Shown: positions 1 to 10,477, counted from the first letter of the stretch. The stretch is DNA of 64,000 nt from Bacteroidota bacterium (GCA_030684395.1 JAUXTT010000028.1:50526-114525); one strand, 5' to 3'. Notes: generated from the sequence alone by a model not told the origin. Program-made: numbers and translations.

Positions 1-1
1 T

Positions 2-901
2 AAAAAATTACCCCTGTTAATATTATTGCTGCCACACTTATTGTTTGCACAAAGCAAGCGGTCGAGGTATAAATACGAACTAATAGGGGGCATTGGTGTT
101 GCCAATTTTATGGGTGATTTGGGTGGAGCAAATCAAATAGGAACTCATTTACTTAAAGATTTTGAATACAAGGCTACACGACCAAATATAGTTGTTGGTG
201 CGCGCTACAAAAAAAATTATTTCTTTTCATTTAAAAGTACTTTAACCTATGCAATGCTTTCAGGAAAAGATAGCTGGACTGATGAAAAATACAGAAACAA
301 TCGTAACTTAAGTTTTAGATCTCCAATAATAGAGTTAAACGCGCAAGTGGAGTATTATCTGCTCAGAGAAAAAATGTCGGGTATATATAAAATCAGTAAC
401 TTCAAGAAAAAACGCAACAGAAGATCTACTCTTTTTATGTTTACAGGAGTAGGAGTTTTCTTTTACAATCCGAGAGCCGAATATAATGGTAAATGGTATA
501 GCTTAAGGAAATTGCATACAGAAGGTCAGGGATTGCCCGGCGGACCGAAAAAGTACTCTAATTTCAATATTTGTATCCCTGTTGGTTTGGGTTATAAATA
601 TACAGTTGATAGACGTTGGAGTATTGGAATAGATCTTGGTTTCAGAAAAACATTTACTGATTACATTGATGATGTGAGTGGTGAATACTATGACAATAAT
701 GCTATAAAACAAGCTTACGGAACTACTGCTGCTGCTCTTGCCGATCCAAGCCTTGGTTTGATACCGGGTGCAACTAAACCTAATGCCGACGGATCGGGTG
801 CAAAAAGAGGGGAAACAAAATACAAGGATGCCTATATGTTCCTGGATTTTAGTGTTTCTTATAAATTCACAAAGAAACGCAGAACAAGATCTAAATTCTG
901 A
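2..901 (+). CDS. outer-membrane beta-barrel protein (DUF6089-like), 5' end outside window
   Basis: ORF 26..901. The same frame stays open back to nt 2 and reads KKLPLLILLLPHLLFAQ (end of a signal peptide), so the start lies upstream of the window. Beta-barrel-like alternating sequence ending in F. Confidence 0.6.
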   Translation, partial: KKLPLLILLLPHLLFAQSKRSRYKYELIGGIGVANFMGDLGGANQIGTHLLKDFEYKATRPNIVVGARYKKNYFFSFKSTLTYAMLSGKDSWTDEKYRNNRNLSFRSPIIELNAQVEYYLLREKMSGIYKISNFKKKRNRRSTLFMFTGVGVFFYNPRAEYNGKWYSLRKLHTEGQGLPGGPKKYSNFNICIPVGLGYKYTVDRRWSIGIDLGFRKTFTDYIDDVSGEYYDNNAIKQAYGTTAAALADPSLGLIPGATKPNADGSGAKRGETKYKDAYMFLDFSVSYKFTKKRRTRSKF

Positions 902-906
902 TTTTT

Positions 907-1356
907 ATGTTTACTGCTTCTCATCCCGTTTCAAAAGAAGATTTTGATAATTATTACGCTTTACGTTATACTGTTTTAAGAAAACCATGGGGTCAATCTT
1001 TAGGGTCGGAAAAAGATGAACAGGAAGACAGTTCTATTCATGCTTTCATTAAGCATAACAATGAAGTACTTGCTGTTTGCAGATTACAATTCATCCCTAT
1101 AGATTTCGGGGCTCCTCAAACCGGACAAATACGCTATATGGGAGTTAGAGCTGATCATCAGGGAAAAGGACTAGGTAAAATAATCTTATCATTTCTGGAA
1201 AATGAAGCGAAGGAGCTTGGTGTAAAAGAAATTATACTTCATGCCAGAGAAAATGCCCTTGAGTTTTACAAAAGTTGTGGCTATTCAATCACTGAAAAAT
1301 CATACTTAATGTGGGGAGAAATTCAACATTATTTAATGAAGAAAAACCTTTCCTGA
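907..1356 (+). CDS. GNAT family N-acetyltransferase
   Basis: 149 aa with an acetyl-CoA binding motif region HQGKGLGKIIL and a typical GNAT C-terminal half (FYKSCGY). Confidence 0.8.
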   Translation: MFTASHPVSKEDFDNYYALRYTVLRKPWGQSLGSEKDEQEDSSIHAFIKHNNEVLAVCRLQFIPIDFGAPQTGQIRYMGVRADHQGKGLGKIILSFLENEAKELGVKEIILHARENALEFYKSCGYSITEKSYLMWGEIQHYLMKKNLS

Positions 1357-1407
1357 TCTGTTTATACATTCTTAATTCAAAAACACCATTTTTTTCTTGC
1401 TAATCGC

Positions 1408-1415
1408 TATCTTTG
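1408..1415 (+). promoter_or_regulatory. Bacteroidota-type -7 box TAtcTTTG upstream of alaS
   Basis: TATCTTTG matches the TAnnTTTG consensus, 28 nt upstream of the alaS ATG. Confidence 0.4.
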
Positions 1416-1442
1416 TTTCCTTTACAAAATTTCAAATCTTTT

Positions 1443-4109
1443 ATGGAAGCAAATCAAGTTCGCAAAACATTCTTAGAGTTTTTTAAATCAAAAGGTCATA
1501 CTATTGTTGCTTCTGCGCCAATGGTAGTAAAAGGTGATCCAACACTTATGTTCAATAATAGTGGAATGGCTCCTTTTAAAGATTTGTTTTTGGGAAATGC
1601 TCCGATTAAAAATCCAAGAATTGCCGATACTCAAAAATGCTTACGTGTAAGTGGTAAACACAACGACCTGGAGGAAGTTGGAGTGGATACGTACCACCAC
1701 ACCATGTTTGAAATGCTTGGCAACTGGAGTTTTGGAGATTATTTCAAAAAAGACGCAATAGCATGGGCTTGGGAATTACTTACCGATGTGTACAAAATAG
1801 ATAAAGATCGTTTGTATGTTACCGTATTTGAAGGAAACAAAGAAGAAGGTTTAGATTTTGATCAGGAAGCTTACGACACATGGAAACAATTTATTGATGA
1901 GAAAAGAATTTTAAACGGAAATAAAAAAGATAATTTCTGGGAAATGGGTGATACCGGACCATGTGGCCCATGTTCTGAAATTCATTATGACGGAAGAAGT
2001 GATGCAGAAAGAAAAAAAGTGGATGGCGCAACTCTTGTAAATTCGGATAACGCACAGGTAATTGAGATTTGGAACAATGTATTTATGGAGTTCGAAAGAA
2101 AAGCTGATGGTTCATTGGTAAAACTTCCTAAACAACACGTGGATACCGGAATGGGATTTGAGCGCTTAGTACGTGTTCTGCAGAAAAAACAATCTAATTA
2201 CGATACAGATGTTTTTTCTCCCATTATTGAAAAAATTGAAGAACTGTGCGGTTTGCGTTATAAACCGGAAGATGAAGAGCATCACAAAAAAATGTTAATC
2301 ATCAACATTGCAATGCGTGTTATTGCTGATCACATTCGTGCTATTTCTTTTTCCATTGCTGATAGTCAATTACCTTCAAACACAGGTGCAGGTTACGTTA
2401 TCAGAAGAATTTTAAGAAGGGCTATTCGTTATGGTTACCAATCGCTGAATATGCGCGAACCGTTTATGTATCGTTTGGTTCCAACTTTGGCCAATCAATT
2501 GGGTGATGCTTTTCCTGAATTACGTTCCCAAAAAATGCTGATTGAAAAAGTGATAAAAGAAGAAGAGCTTTCTTTCTTTAAAACACTTGAATATGGTTTA
2601 AAACGAATTGATTCGGTTTGTGTAAACTTATCGAACGAACACAAAGAAAATTCGATGATTGATGGTAAGATCGTTTTTGAATTGTACGACACATACGGAT
2701 TTCCTGTTGATCTTACTTCATTAATTGCGCGTGGTTATGGATTAAGTATTGATGAGCATTCATTCTTAAAACATTTGGAAGAACAAAAAAATCGTTCCCG
2801 TACAGCAGGAATTGTAGATACTGATGACTGGATTTATACTGCTGTTCAATGGAAAGGCGAAAAAGGACGCGATGTTGAATTTATAGGATACGAATCGCTA
2901 GAATGTGAAAGTTACATTACACGTTACAGAAAAGTAAAAGCAAAGAATAAAGAGTTTTACCAACTTGTGTTAGATGTTACTCCGTTTTATGCAGAAAGTG
3001 GCGGACAAATTGGTGATACAGGTTTTCTTGAAGGTCCAAATGATATTTTGGACATCCTTGATACTAAAAAAGAAAATGGTGTTATCATTCACATTACTGA
3101 TAAATTACCTGAGAATTTAACTGCTCACTTCCATGCACGTGTTGATAAAGAAAAACGTTCATTAACCCAAAACAACCACAGTGCTACTCACCTGCTCCAT
3201 GCTGCATTACGGCAGGTATTAGGATCTCATGTAGAACAAAAAGGAAGCTTGGTAAATGATGAACATTTACGTTTTGATTTTTCTCATTTCTCAAAAGTAA
3301 CAGAAGAAGAATTATTTCAAATTGAGCGAATTGTAAATACTAAAATTCGTGAAAATATAAAATCATCTATAAAATTAATGCCTCTGGAAGATGCAAAAAA
3401 AACAGGTGCAATGGCCCTATTTGGTGAAAAATATGGTGATATGGTTCGTGTGGTTACTTTTGACAAATCATACAGCATTGAACTATGCGGAGGAACGCAT
3501 GTTAACGCAACCGGGCAAATCGGCTTTATGAAAATTGTTTCGGAAAGTGCTGTGGCTGCAGGTATCAGGCGTATCGAGGCTATTACCTCACTTAAGGCGG
3601 AAGAATTTATTCACGAACAATTTCATCAGTTACATGAGATCAAAACTATTTTAAAAGCTCCGAAAGAGCTTACTAAAAGTGTTCAGCATTTGGTTGATGA
3701 AAATCACCACCTGCAAAAACAATTGCAACATCTGCTAAAGGAAAAAGCTCAAACCATAAAAAAACATTTGCTTACTAAACAAACCAAGGTAAATGGTATC
3801 AATTTAATCTCTGAAGTAATTGAATTAGACAGTGCTGAAGAGGTAAAAAACATTTTGTTTGAGATCCGAAACCAGGTTGAAAATTCGGTTTGTGTTATTG
3901 GTTCTGAAATAAAAGGTAAACCCAGCCTTTCGGTTATTATCAGCGATAATTTAGTGAAAGATAAAAACATGAACGCCATTGCTACTATAAAAGAAATTGC
4001 TAAAGAAATCAATGGCGGTGGCGGTGGACAAGCGTTTTACGCTACGGCGGGTGGAACAAATGCGGAAGGTTTAACAAAAGCAATCGAAAAAGTTAAAAGC
4101 TTACTCTAA
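1443..4109 (+). CDS. alaS: alanine--tRNA ligase
   Basis: The ORF 1413..4109 starts at TTG; the first ATG at 1443 gives [19 protein letters not shown]. Class II AlaRS core, editing-domain HxxxH (HSATHLLH), C-terminal GGGGGQ DHHA1-type tail. Confidence 0.97.
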   Translation: MEANQVRKTFLEFFKSKGHTIVASAPMVVKGDPTLMFNNSGMAPFKDLFLGNAPIKNPRIADTQKCLRVSGKHNDLEEVGVDTYHHTMFEMLGNWSFGDYFKKDAIAWAWELLTDVYKIDKDRLYVTVFEGNKEEGLDFDQEAYDTWKQFIDEKRILNGNKKDNFWEMGDTGPCGPCSEIHYDGRSDAERKKVDGATLVNSDNAQVIEIWNNVFMEFERKADGSLVKLPKQHVDTGMGFERLVRVLQKKQSNYDTDVFSPIIEKIEELCGLRYKPEDEEHHKKMLIINIAMRVIADHIRAISFSIADSQLPSNTGAGYVIRRILRRAIRYGYQSLNMREPFMYRLVPTLANQLGDAFPELRSQKMLIEKVIKEEELSFFKTLEYGLKRIDSVCVNLSNEHKENSMIDGKIVFELYDTYGFPVDLTSLIARGYGLSIDEHSFLKHLEEQKNRSRTAGIVDTDDWIYTAVQWKGEKGRDVEFIGYESLECESYITRYRKVKAKNKEFYQLVLDVTPFYAESGGQIGDTGFLEGPNDILDILDTKKENGVIIHITDKLPENLTAHFHARVDKEKRSLTQNNHSATHLLHAALRQVLGSHVEQKGSLVNDEHLRFDFSHFSKVTEEELFQIERIVNTKIRENIKSSIKLMPLEDAKKTGAMALFGEKYGDMVRVVTFDKSYSIELCGGTHVNATGQIGFMKIVSESAVAAGIRRIEAITSLKAEEFIHEQFHQLHEIKTILKAPKELTKSVQHLVDENHHLQKQLQHLLKEKAQTIKKHLLTKQTKVNGINLISEVIELDSAEEVKNILFEIRNQVENSVCVIGSEIKGKPSLSVIISDNLVKDKNMNAIATIKEIAKEINGGGGGQAFYATAGGTNAEGLTKAIEKVKSLL

Positions 4110-4113
4110 AAAA

Positions 4114-5166
4114 ATGCCTAACAGAAGCAACAATACTACCTTTCTTATTTCCTGTCTCGTTTTTTCTGTATCCGTTAGTACCATTTTATTTTTATTAAAT
4201 GCGGTATTCGCTTTGCATTATTCAATTGAATTAGCACTGGTTATATTTTTTGTGTGCTTTGGATTTTCCTTTTTGTTTTTCTATTTTGTCTATCAGAAAA
4301 TTATTTACACACGAATAGAAAGAACGGTTGAAAAGTTAAAACATTTTACTTCAAAAAAAATACCGGAAGAAAACTACGACTATACCTACGATGCTGCCGA
4401 TCCATTAGAACAATTGAATCAGGAGATCATAAAAATTGCCCACGACAGACAAAAGGAGATTGAACACCTTACTAAAATGGAAAATTACCGTAAAGAATAT
4501 TTGGGTAATGTTTCGCATGAATTAAAAACACCAATTTTCAATATACAAGGATATGTATCAACATTGATCGATGGTGGAATAAATGATCCTTCTATTAATG
4601 TAGAATACCTGAAACGCGCGGATAAAAGTATTGACAGAATGATCAATATTATTGATGATTTGGAAACCATTTCACAATTGGAAACGGGATCTCTAATTAT
4701 TGAAACAGAGAAATTTGACGTGGTGGCATTGTGTAAGGATGTGATGGAGCAACTGGAAATGGTATCGGGCAAAAAAAACTTGAAAATCGTTTTTGAGGAA
4801 GATTATAAAAAAACATTGAAAGTATACGCCGATAAATTCAGGATCAGACAGGTGTTTGTAAACTTAATTACGAATTCGATTAAATATGGTAAAGAAAATG
4901 GCCAAACCCGAATAAAATTTAAAACAATTGATGATAAAGTGGTTGTTGACATTACAGATAATGGTATTGGAATTTCGGAAGAACATTTGCCCCGGCTATT
5001 TGAACGCTTTTACCGCATAGATAAAGGCCGCTCACGTGAGCAAGGTGGCACAGGCTTAGGTTTATCAATTGTGAAACACATTATTGAAGCGCATGATCAA
5101 CACATTACTGTTGCCAGTTCAAAAGGAGAAGGAACCACATTTACTTTTACTCTTAAAAAGGCATAA
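4114..5166 (+). CDS. membrane sensor histidine kinase
   Basis: Two N-terminal hydrophobic helices, H-box SHELKTP, ATPase boxes NSIKYG, DNGIGI, GGTGLGLSIV. No response regulator on the same strand nearby. Confidence 0.9.
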   Translation: MPNRSNNTTFLISCLVFSVSVSTILFLLNAVFALHYSIELALVIFFVCFGFSFLFFYFVYQKIIYTRIERTVEKLKHFTSKKIPEENYDYTYDAADPLEQLNQEIIKIAHDRQKEIEHLTKMENYRKEYLGNVSHELKTPIFNIQGYVSTLIDGGINDPSINVEYLKRADKSIDRMINIIDDLETISQLETGSLIIETEKFDVVALCKDVMEQLEMVSGKKNLKIVFEEDYKKTLKVYADKFRIRQVFVNLITNSIKYGKENGQTRIKFKTIDDKVVVDITDNGIGISEEHLPRLFERFYRIDKGRSREQGGTGLGLSIVKHIIEAHDQHITVASSKGEGTTFTFTLKKA

Positions 5167-5171
5167 TTAGC

Positions 5172-5645
5172 ATGAAGCAGTATCTATTAGATTTCTTTAA
5201 ATACAATGATGTTTCTAATATAACATTACTGGCTTCAATAAAAAAACTGCCGGAAAAAGAAGAGTCTTTAAAGCTCTTCAGTCATCTTATTACTACCCAA
5301 AATAAATGGTTTAACCGGATCTCAAAAGAAGTTGAAGATAACCATCATGAATGGTTTGGAACCGTATTCACAATGGATCAATTGGAAGTTGAATGGTCCA
5401 AAAGTATTAATAAATGGCTCGTTATAATTGAAAACGCTACTGAACCGGAACTCGAAGAATTTGTAAGGTTTAAACGTCAAACTGACGGTAAGGAAATGGG
5501 CATAAGCTTAAAAGACCTTTCTCTTCAACTTAATTACCATTCCATACACCATAGGGCGCAAATCAATACACTTATCAGCAAACAAGGCATTAAACCTCCT
5601 GCAACAGATTATATTTTTACGAAACTAGTGGAAATGCCACTTTAA
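5172..5645 (+). CDS. DinB family protein
   Basis: 157 aa. DinB/YfiT-like helical bundle pattern with conserved His residues (HHEW, HHRAQ). Confidence 0.7.
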   Translation: MKQYLLDFFKYNDVSNITLLASIKKLPEKEESLKLFSHLITTQNKWFNRISKEVEDNHHEWFGTVFTMDQLEVEWSKSINKWLVIIENATEPELEEFVRFKRQTDGKEMGISLKDLSLQLNYHSIHHRAQINTLISKQGIKPPATDYIFTKLVEMPL

Positions 5646-5646
5646 T

Positions 5647-6090
5647 TTACACAGGAGGGTGGTTATGTAACATCCAATAAAGTCCAAGGTCAGAAACTGC
5701 TTTATGGAAATTTTCAAACTCTACCGGCTTTACGATATAACTATTGGCTCCCAGTTCATAACATCTTTCTATATCGGGGTCTTCGGCTGATGAAGTAAGA
5801 ATTACTACCGGAAAAATCTTAGTTCTTGGATCGGATTTTACTTTTGTCAATACTTCTATCCCATTTATCCTCGGCATCTTCAAATCAAGAAGTATTAACT
5901 TGGGATTAAGATCGTTGGGTCCCTGATCTATATAATTACCCATACCAAATATAAAATCCAATGCCTCTACCCCATCTTTTAAATGAATAAGGTTATTCGC
6001 AAGGTTATTTTTTTTAAGCGCTCTTATTACCAACGCTGCATCATCCGGATTGTCCTCAACCAAAATGATCTCAACTGCATTATTTGCCAT
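5647..6090 (-). CDS. stand-alone response regulator (receiver domain only)
   Basis: CheY-like: acidic pocket VEDNPDD, phospho-acceptor in LILLDLKMP, conserved Lys in YIVKP. No output domain. Confidence 0.9.
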   Translation of the reverse strand: MANNAVEIILVEDNPDDAALVIRALKKNNLANNLIHLKDGVEALDFIFGMGNYIDQGPNDLNPKLILLDLKMPRINGIEVLTKVKSDPRTKIFPVVILTSSAEDPDIERCYELGANSYIVKPVEFENFHKAVSDLGLYWMLHNHPPV

Positions 6091-6121
6091 GTCGTAATTT
6101 TTTTAAATTAATATTTTCTTC

Positions 6122-7243
6122 CTAAAGTGAAAAATAAAAGGTTGCCCCTTCATCTAATTTTCCTTCTGCCCAAATTTTCCCTCCGTGCCGGGTCACAATT
6201 CTCTTCACCAATGCCAAGCCAACGCCGGTTCCTTCAAACTCATCTGCTCCGTGTAACCTCTGAAAAACACCAAACAATTTGTCGTAGTATTTCATATCAA
6301 AACCTGCCCCGTTATCCTTTACATAATAAACCTGTTTTCCTTCCATTTCCTTACACCCAATTTCTACTTCCGAATTTTCTTTGGCTGAACTGTACTTTAT
6401 CGCATTAGAAATTAAATTGCCCAATACATTTCCCATCAAATTGTAGTCGGCATTAGCCTGCGGTAAGGATAAAACCTTAACATTTGCTTTACATGAACTC
6501 ATAGATGCTTTCAAATCTTCCAGAACATTTTCCGCCAGTTTTGTCATATCAACATTCGATAACTGCAATTCTTTTTTACCTACCTTAGAAAATGCCAGCA
6601 AATCATCGATTAACTGCCCCATTTTTTTGGCGTTGCGCATAACCGAATTCATCATATTCTTTCCATCGGCATCTGCCCCACTCAAATACTCATCCGAAAG
6701 AATTTTAGTATAACTATGAATAGCACGTAAAGGTGCTCTTAAATCGTGTGATACCGAATAGGTGAATGCTTCTAATTCTTTATTTGCAACTTCCAGTTTA
6801 TGAATATTCTCCTCAAGGGCAGCATTTAATCTAAGTACTTCATTTGTCTTTTTTTCCAGTTTTTCAATACTCTCTTTTTCCTTTTCTTTAGCTGCTCCCA
6901 ATTCTTCTGCCAAAGTATTTAAGCCAACAGCAATAGCATCCATTTCATCCCCTGCACCTGTAATTTCAAGCTTTTCAGAAAAATCCATCAGCGTATAACT
7001 GAGCAAAATATTCATTGTTGCGTTCACTCTTGTCTCAAATTGAGAAAGAATTCTCCCTGAACTTTGTAATTCTTCACCTAATATATTTAGTCCAACAATG
7101 ATAGCATCCAATTCATCTCCTTTCTCAGAAATCTCTCCTCTTTCAATAAAATCACCCTGAGTATATTTAATAAGTAGTGAATAGATCTGTTCTATACGTT
7201 CATCTGTTGAATATATGTTTCCGGCTTCTTTCATAACCTTCAA
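6122..7243 (-). CDS. cytoplasmic sensor histidine kinase with two tandem N-terminal modules
   Basis: Repeated ~55-aa modules (GDELDAIIVGLNILGEEL and GDEMDAIAVGLNTLAEEL), coiled coil, H-box SHDLRAPLR, DNGAGF, GTGVGLALV. Confidence 0.85.
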   Translation of the reverse strand: MKVMKEAGNIYSTDERIEQIYSLLIKYTQGDFIERGEISEKGDELDAIIVGLNILGEELQSSGRILSQFETRVNATMNILLSYTLMDFSEKLEITGAGDEMDAIAVGLNTLAEELGAAKEKEKESIEKLEKKTNEVLRLNAALEENIHKLEVANKELEAFTYSVSHDLRAPLRAIHSYTKILSDEYLSGADADGKNMMNSVMRNAKKMGQLIDDLLAFSKVGKKELQLSNVDMTKLAENVLEDLKASMSSCKANVKVLSLPQANADYNLMGNVLGNLISNAIKYSSAKENSEVEIGCKEMEGKQVYYVKDNGAGFDMKYYDKLFGVFQRLHGADEFEGTGVGLALVKRIVTRHGGKIWAEGKLDEGATFYFSL

Positions 7244-7244
7244 C

Positions 7245-7649
7245 TTATAAATATTGTTTTATCCATGCTTTTGCATCTATCTCATTAGAAAAAAACTTGA
7301 CCGGATATGCAGGTGGCTTAAGCCCAAAAAACAAATTGGCTATCATCCTGCTTAAGGGAGAAGTCGAAATGATTCCCATTGCTTTTGTGACTTGATTTAG
7401 CTGATCCGCAATAAAATCCCTATCTTCTTTTTTGGGTGGCTTAGAATTGGAATTTGACTCCAGAATCATACATACTTTTTTGTTGCCAATAAGCTTTTTA
7501 AACTTTTCCATTTGTACAAGTGTTTCTTCCCTGGAAAGCTCCGGTTCCGGAACACCAGGTTTAGGCAGAGAATAAAGTACGCCCTCATCATCAAACCACA
7601 TAATACTTGTTTGCCAATCGATTGTCTTTGTATTTTCAGGAATTTTCAT
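7245..7649 (-). CDS. hypothetical protein, possibly SpoIIAA-like/STAS fold
   Basis: 134 aa wedged between two kinase genes (gaps of 6 and 1 nt). The C-terminus FFSNEIDAKAWIKQYL resembles DUF3478/SpoIIAA-like proteins. Assignment is tentative. Confidence 0.45.
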   Translation of the reverse strand: MKIPENTKTIDWQTSIMWFDDEGVLYSLPKPGVPEPELSREETLVQMEKFKKLIGNKKVCMILESNSNSKPPKKEDRDFIADQLNQVTKAMGIISTSPLSRMIANLFFGLKPPAYPVKFFSNEIDAKAWIKQYL

Positions 7650-7655
7650 AACTAG

Positions 7656-8819
7656 TTATTTTATTGGTAACTTTAAATAAAAACAAGCCCCTTTATTTTC
7701 TTCCGCTTCTGTCCAAATGGTTCCATTATGCTTTACGGCAATTAACTTAACTATAGCCAAACCTATGCCGGTGCCTTCAAAATCTTCTTCTTTATGTAAT
7801 CGTTGAAATGAATCAAACAGTTTATGTGAATATTCCATATTAAACCCAACACCGTTGTCTTTAACTCTGTATATCACATCATTATTCTCTATTTCTGAAG
7901 AAATGTGTATCACCGCCGATTCTGTTTTGGAAGAAAATTTAATAGCATTTGAAAGTAAATGAGTAAAAGCAATGCTTATCAATGATTGGTCGCCTTCAAT
8001 GGAAGGTAATTTATCAATAGTGATAGTTGCTTTAATTTCATTAAGTTTTTTCAGGTCAGCAACTACTTCTTTCACTATTTCGTAAACATTAAGTTTCTCT
8101 CTTTTTATTTCCCTGGTACTAATTCGTGAAAATGCAACTAAGTTTTCAATTTGGCTGCCCATTTTTTTGGAATTTCTAATGACCACATCGATCATTTTTT
8201 TTCCATCAGCATCCAATACATTTGCATAATCCTCTTCAATTAATTTCAAATAACCTTCTATAGCTCTTAAAGGTGCTCTGAGATCGTGAGAAAGTGAATT
8301 TGAAACAATATCAAATTCTTTTATAAGTAAGTCTAATTGTGCTTTTTGAATTTTAATCTTTCTTTCGGAAACAGTGTTGGCTTTATCAATTTTTCTTTCT
8401 TTAAAGTCCTTCATTTTTTTTGCAATTTTCTTTTGCGTTGAAAGATCCCCAATAATAAGTGTATACCCTACTACCCTTTTATCATCCGCAATGGCATTAA
8501 ATAAAATGTTAGCCTCAAAGGTTGATTTGTCTTTTCTGACAAGTGTATATTTTCCTGAAATTTTTCCGTACCTGGCTGTTTGTTCAAGAAGTTTTTTCCA
8601 ATTGTTTTTCTGTGTTTCTCCCCCGGCAAAAAAAATCCCATACTTCGCCGCATTTACTTCCGGTACACCATAACCAAATATTCTTTTAGCGGCATCTGTC
8701 CAATCTTCAATTCTTCCGCCTTCATCAAGGTTAATAATAGCATAATCAACAATTTTTTCAACTGCCTTTTTGTACCTTAACTCCCTTATTTTCTGGTAAA
8801 CACTCATGTGCGCATACAT
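7656..8819 (-). CDS. PAS-domain sensor histidine kinase
   Basis: ATG at 8819. N-terminal PAS-like region, coiled coil, H-box SHDLRAPLR, DNGVGF, GTGIGLAIV. Confidence 0.85.
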   Translation of the reverse strand: MYAHMSVYQKIRELRYKKAVEKIVDYAIINLDEGGRIEDWTDAAKRIFGYGVPEVNAAKYGIFFAGGETQKNNWKKLLEQTARYGKISGKYTLVRKDKSTFEANILFNAIADDKRVVGYTLIIGDLSTQKKIAKKMKDFKERKIDKANTVSERKIKIQKAQLDLLIKEFDIVSNSLSHDLRAPLRAIEGYLKLIEEDYANVLDADGKKMIDVVIRNSKKMGSQIENLVAFSRISTREIKREKLNVYEIVKEVVADLKKLNEIKATITIDKLPSIEGDQSLISIAFTHLLSNAIKFSSKTESAVIHISSEIENNDVIYRVKDNGVGFNMEYSHKLFDSFQRLHKEEDFEGTGIGLAIVKLIAVKHNGTIWTEAEENKGACFYLKLPIK

Positions 8820-9204
8820 TAATACTGGTTGTTTTAGGTTTAGTAGCGCTAAGGAAATCTAGTCTAATTTATGAATTTAATTTGAGTATAAGAAAATTAA
8901 GCTATTTTTTCATTTATTTAAACTATACGCCAATATCAAATTAATTGTTGCATTTTATCCTTCCTTAGTTCCATCTTAATCCAATTTTTAACTTATTACT
9001 TTTATCAATTACATAATTAGTTTAATGTGTCTGCATTGATGTTCAAATTGTAATTTACCTACTGAAACAAATTTAACAATCTGAACAACTTCAGTCAATA
9101 CGTATAAATACGTGTTTTTCTAAAGCAGTCTTATCCCATAGTTTTAGTTTTTCACTTTTTTTTAGAATAATTCGGGGTCTTTTCGGTCACTATTATAAAA
9201 TGAC

Positions 9205-9212
9205 TACTTTTG
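9205..9212 (+). promoter_or_regulatory. -7 box TActTTTG upstream of the tRNA locus
   Basis: TACTTTTG matches TAnnTTTG, 19 nt upstream of the tRNA-like fragment that precedes tRNA-Arg. Confidence 0.4.
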
Positions 9213-9230
9213 CAACCGTATTCATCAAGT

Positions 9231-9290
9231 GGTTTCATAGTTCAACGCCCGCCTGAACGGATTCATTCGGGCAGGAATAGAATATGAAGT
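9231..9290 (+). pseudogene. tRNA-Arg 5'-half-like fragment interrupted by a GC hairpin
   Basis: GGTTTCATAGTTCAACG ... AATAGAATATGAAGT mirrors nt 1-31 of the downstream tRNA (GGTTTCGTAGTTCAACGGATAGAATAGAAGT), with a 28-nt insert CCCGCCTGAACGGATTCATTCGGGCAGG in the D-loop position. No 3' half. Confidence 0.45.
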
Positions 9291-9312
9291 ATTATATTGT
9301 TAATTTAATTTT

Positions 9313-9384
9313 GGTTTCGTAGTTCAACGGATAGAATAGAAGTTTCCTAAACTTTTGATCCCAGTTCGATTCTGGGCGAGACCA
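9313..9384 (+). tRNA. tRNA-Arg (anticodon CCT)
   Basis: Manual cloverleaf: acceptor GGTTTCG/CGAGACC, D-stem GTTC/GAAT, anticodon stem GAAGT/ACTTT with loop TTCCTAA, T-arm CCCAG-TTCGATT-CTGGG, discriminator A. CCA is not encoded. Confidence 0.9.
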
Positions 9385-9413
9385 CGAAGGCACGAATAGT
9401 CGCTTAAAGTAAC

Positions 9414-9447
9414 AAAAGGTCGCAAGAAATAATTCTGCGACCTTTTT
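9414..9447 (+). terminator. rho-independent terminator after tRNA-Arg
   Basis: AAAAGGTCGCA-loop-TGCGACCTTTTT: 7-bp GC-rich stem followed by a T-run. Confidence 0.65.
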
Positions 9448-9499
9448 AATTAAAAACTTTATCTTTATCTTTTATCTTCCATTTTTGTTATAGTTTAAG

Positions 9500-10477
9500 A
9501 TGAAAAGATCTTTTTCAATAGTATTTATTTGCATAGTTATTTTAGCGTCAGTTGCTGCATTTACCGGTAAACAGGATGCATACAAAGGTTTTTCAATTAA
9601 GAATTTTGAAAACACACTCGCTTTAATTCCCGAAGGTAGCTTTATCATTGGTCAATGCGATCAGGACGTGCCCTATGTACATGCAGAGAAGTGCAGAACA
9701 GTTAGTACGGACACCTTCTATATAAGCAAATTTGAAGTCAGCAATGGGCAATATCTTGAGTTTCTTTCCGAAATCAAAAAACGAGACACAAGTTTTTATA
9801 AGATTATGCTTCCCGACACATTAGTGTGGAGAAAAAAGTATGCTGAATGCGAGCCTTTTATTGACTACTATCTGAGGCATCCGGCATACAGTAATTATCC
9901 GGTTGCAGGAGTTTCTTATGAGCAGGCAGATGCGTTTTGCAAGTGGTTAACTCAAAAATACATGAGCGAACCCAAGAGAAAATTCAAAAGTGTTTGCTTT
10001 AAATTACCAACCAGAGAACAATGGATCTATGCAGCAAAAGGGAAGTCAGCTTTGTCTCCTTTTCCCTGGAATGGATTGGACATGCAGAATAAAAAAGGTG
10101 AATGGTTGGCTAATTTCAGGGCTATTCCCCAATTTTCTATTGGAAGGGATTCTCTTTATGTGAAAAACTACTATGGCCAATATGAAAAAAAACAATTCAA
10201 TATTTCAGATATAGGTTATGTTACGGGGGCCACACTAAATCCTGAAAACGATGCAGACATTACGGTCCCTGTTAACTCGTTTTATCCGAATGGATATGGT
10301 TTATTTAATATGGCCGGAAATGTAGAAGAGTTTGTAAGGGAAAAGGGCAAAACGCACGGTGGTAGCTGGCACGATACGGGCTATTATTTACAAAATCACA
10401 TATTTGAATCATACGATACCCTTCATTCTGCCTCCGCGGAAAGAGGCTTCCGGTTTATAATGGAAATAGAAAAGTAA
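9500..10477 (+). CDS. formylglycine-generating enzyme (SUMF1/EgtB/PvdO) family protein
   Basis: Signal peptide. Family motifs YPVAGVSYEQADAFCKWL, NMAGNVEEF, GGSW, RGFR. Confidence 0.8.
   Translation: MKRSFSIVFICIVILASVAAFTGKQDAYKGFSIKNFENTLALIPEGSFIIGQCDQDVPYVHAEKCRTVSTDTFYISKFEVSNGQYLEFLSEIKKRDTSFYKIMLPDTLVWRKKYAECEPFIDYYLRHPAYSNYPVAGVSYEQADAFCKWLTQKYMSEPKRKFKSVCFKLPTREQWIYAAKGKSALSPFPWNGLDMQNKKGEWLANFRAIPQFSIGRDSLYVKNYYGQYEKKQFNISDIGYVTGATLNPENDADITVPVNSFYPNGYGLFNMAGNVEEFVREKGKTHGGSWHDTGYYLQNHIFESYDTLHSASAERGFRFIMEIEK

Noticed and set aside
8820-9204. Long AT-rich spacer upstream of the kinase operon, examined for hidden genes or RNAs
   Set aside because: I saw no open frame of useful length, no convincing stem-loops and no repeats. 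It is most simply a promoter/UTR region.
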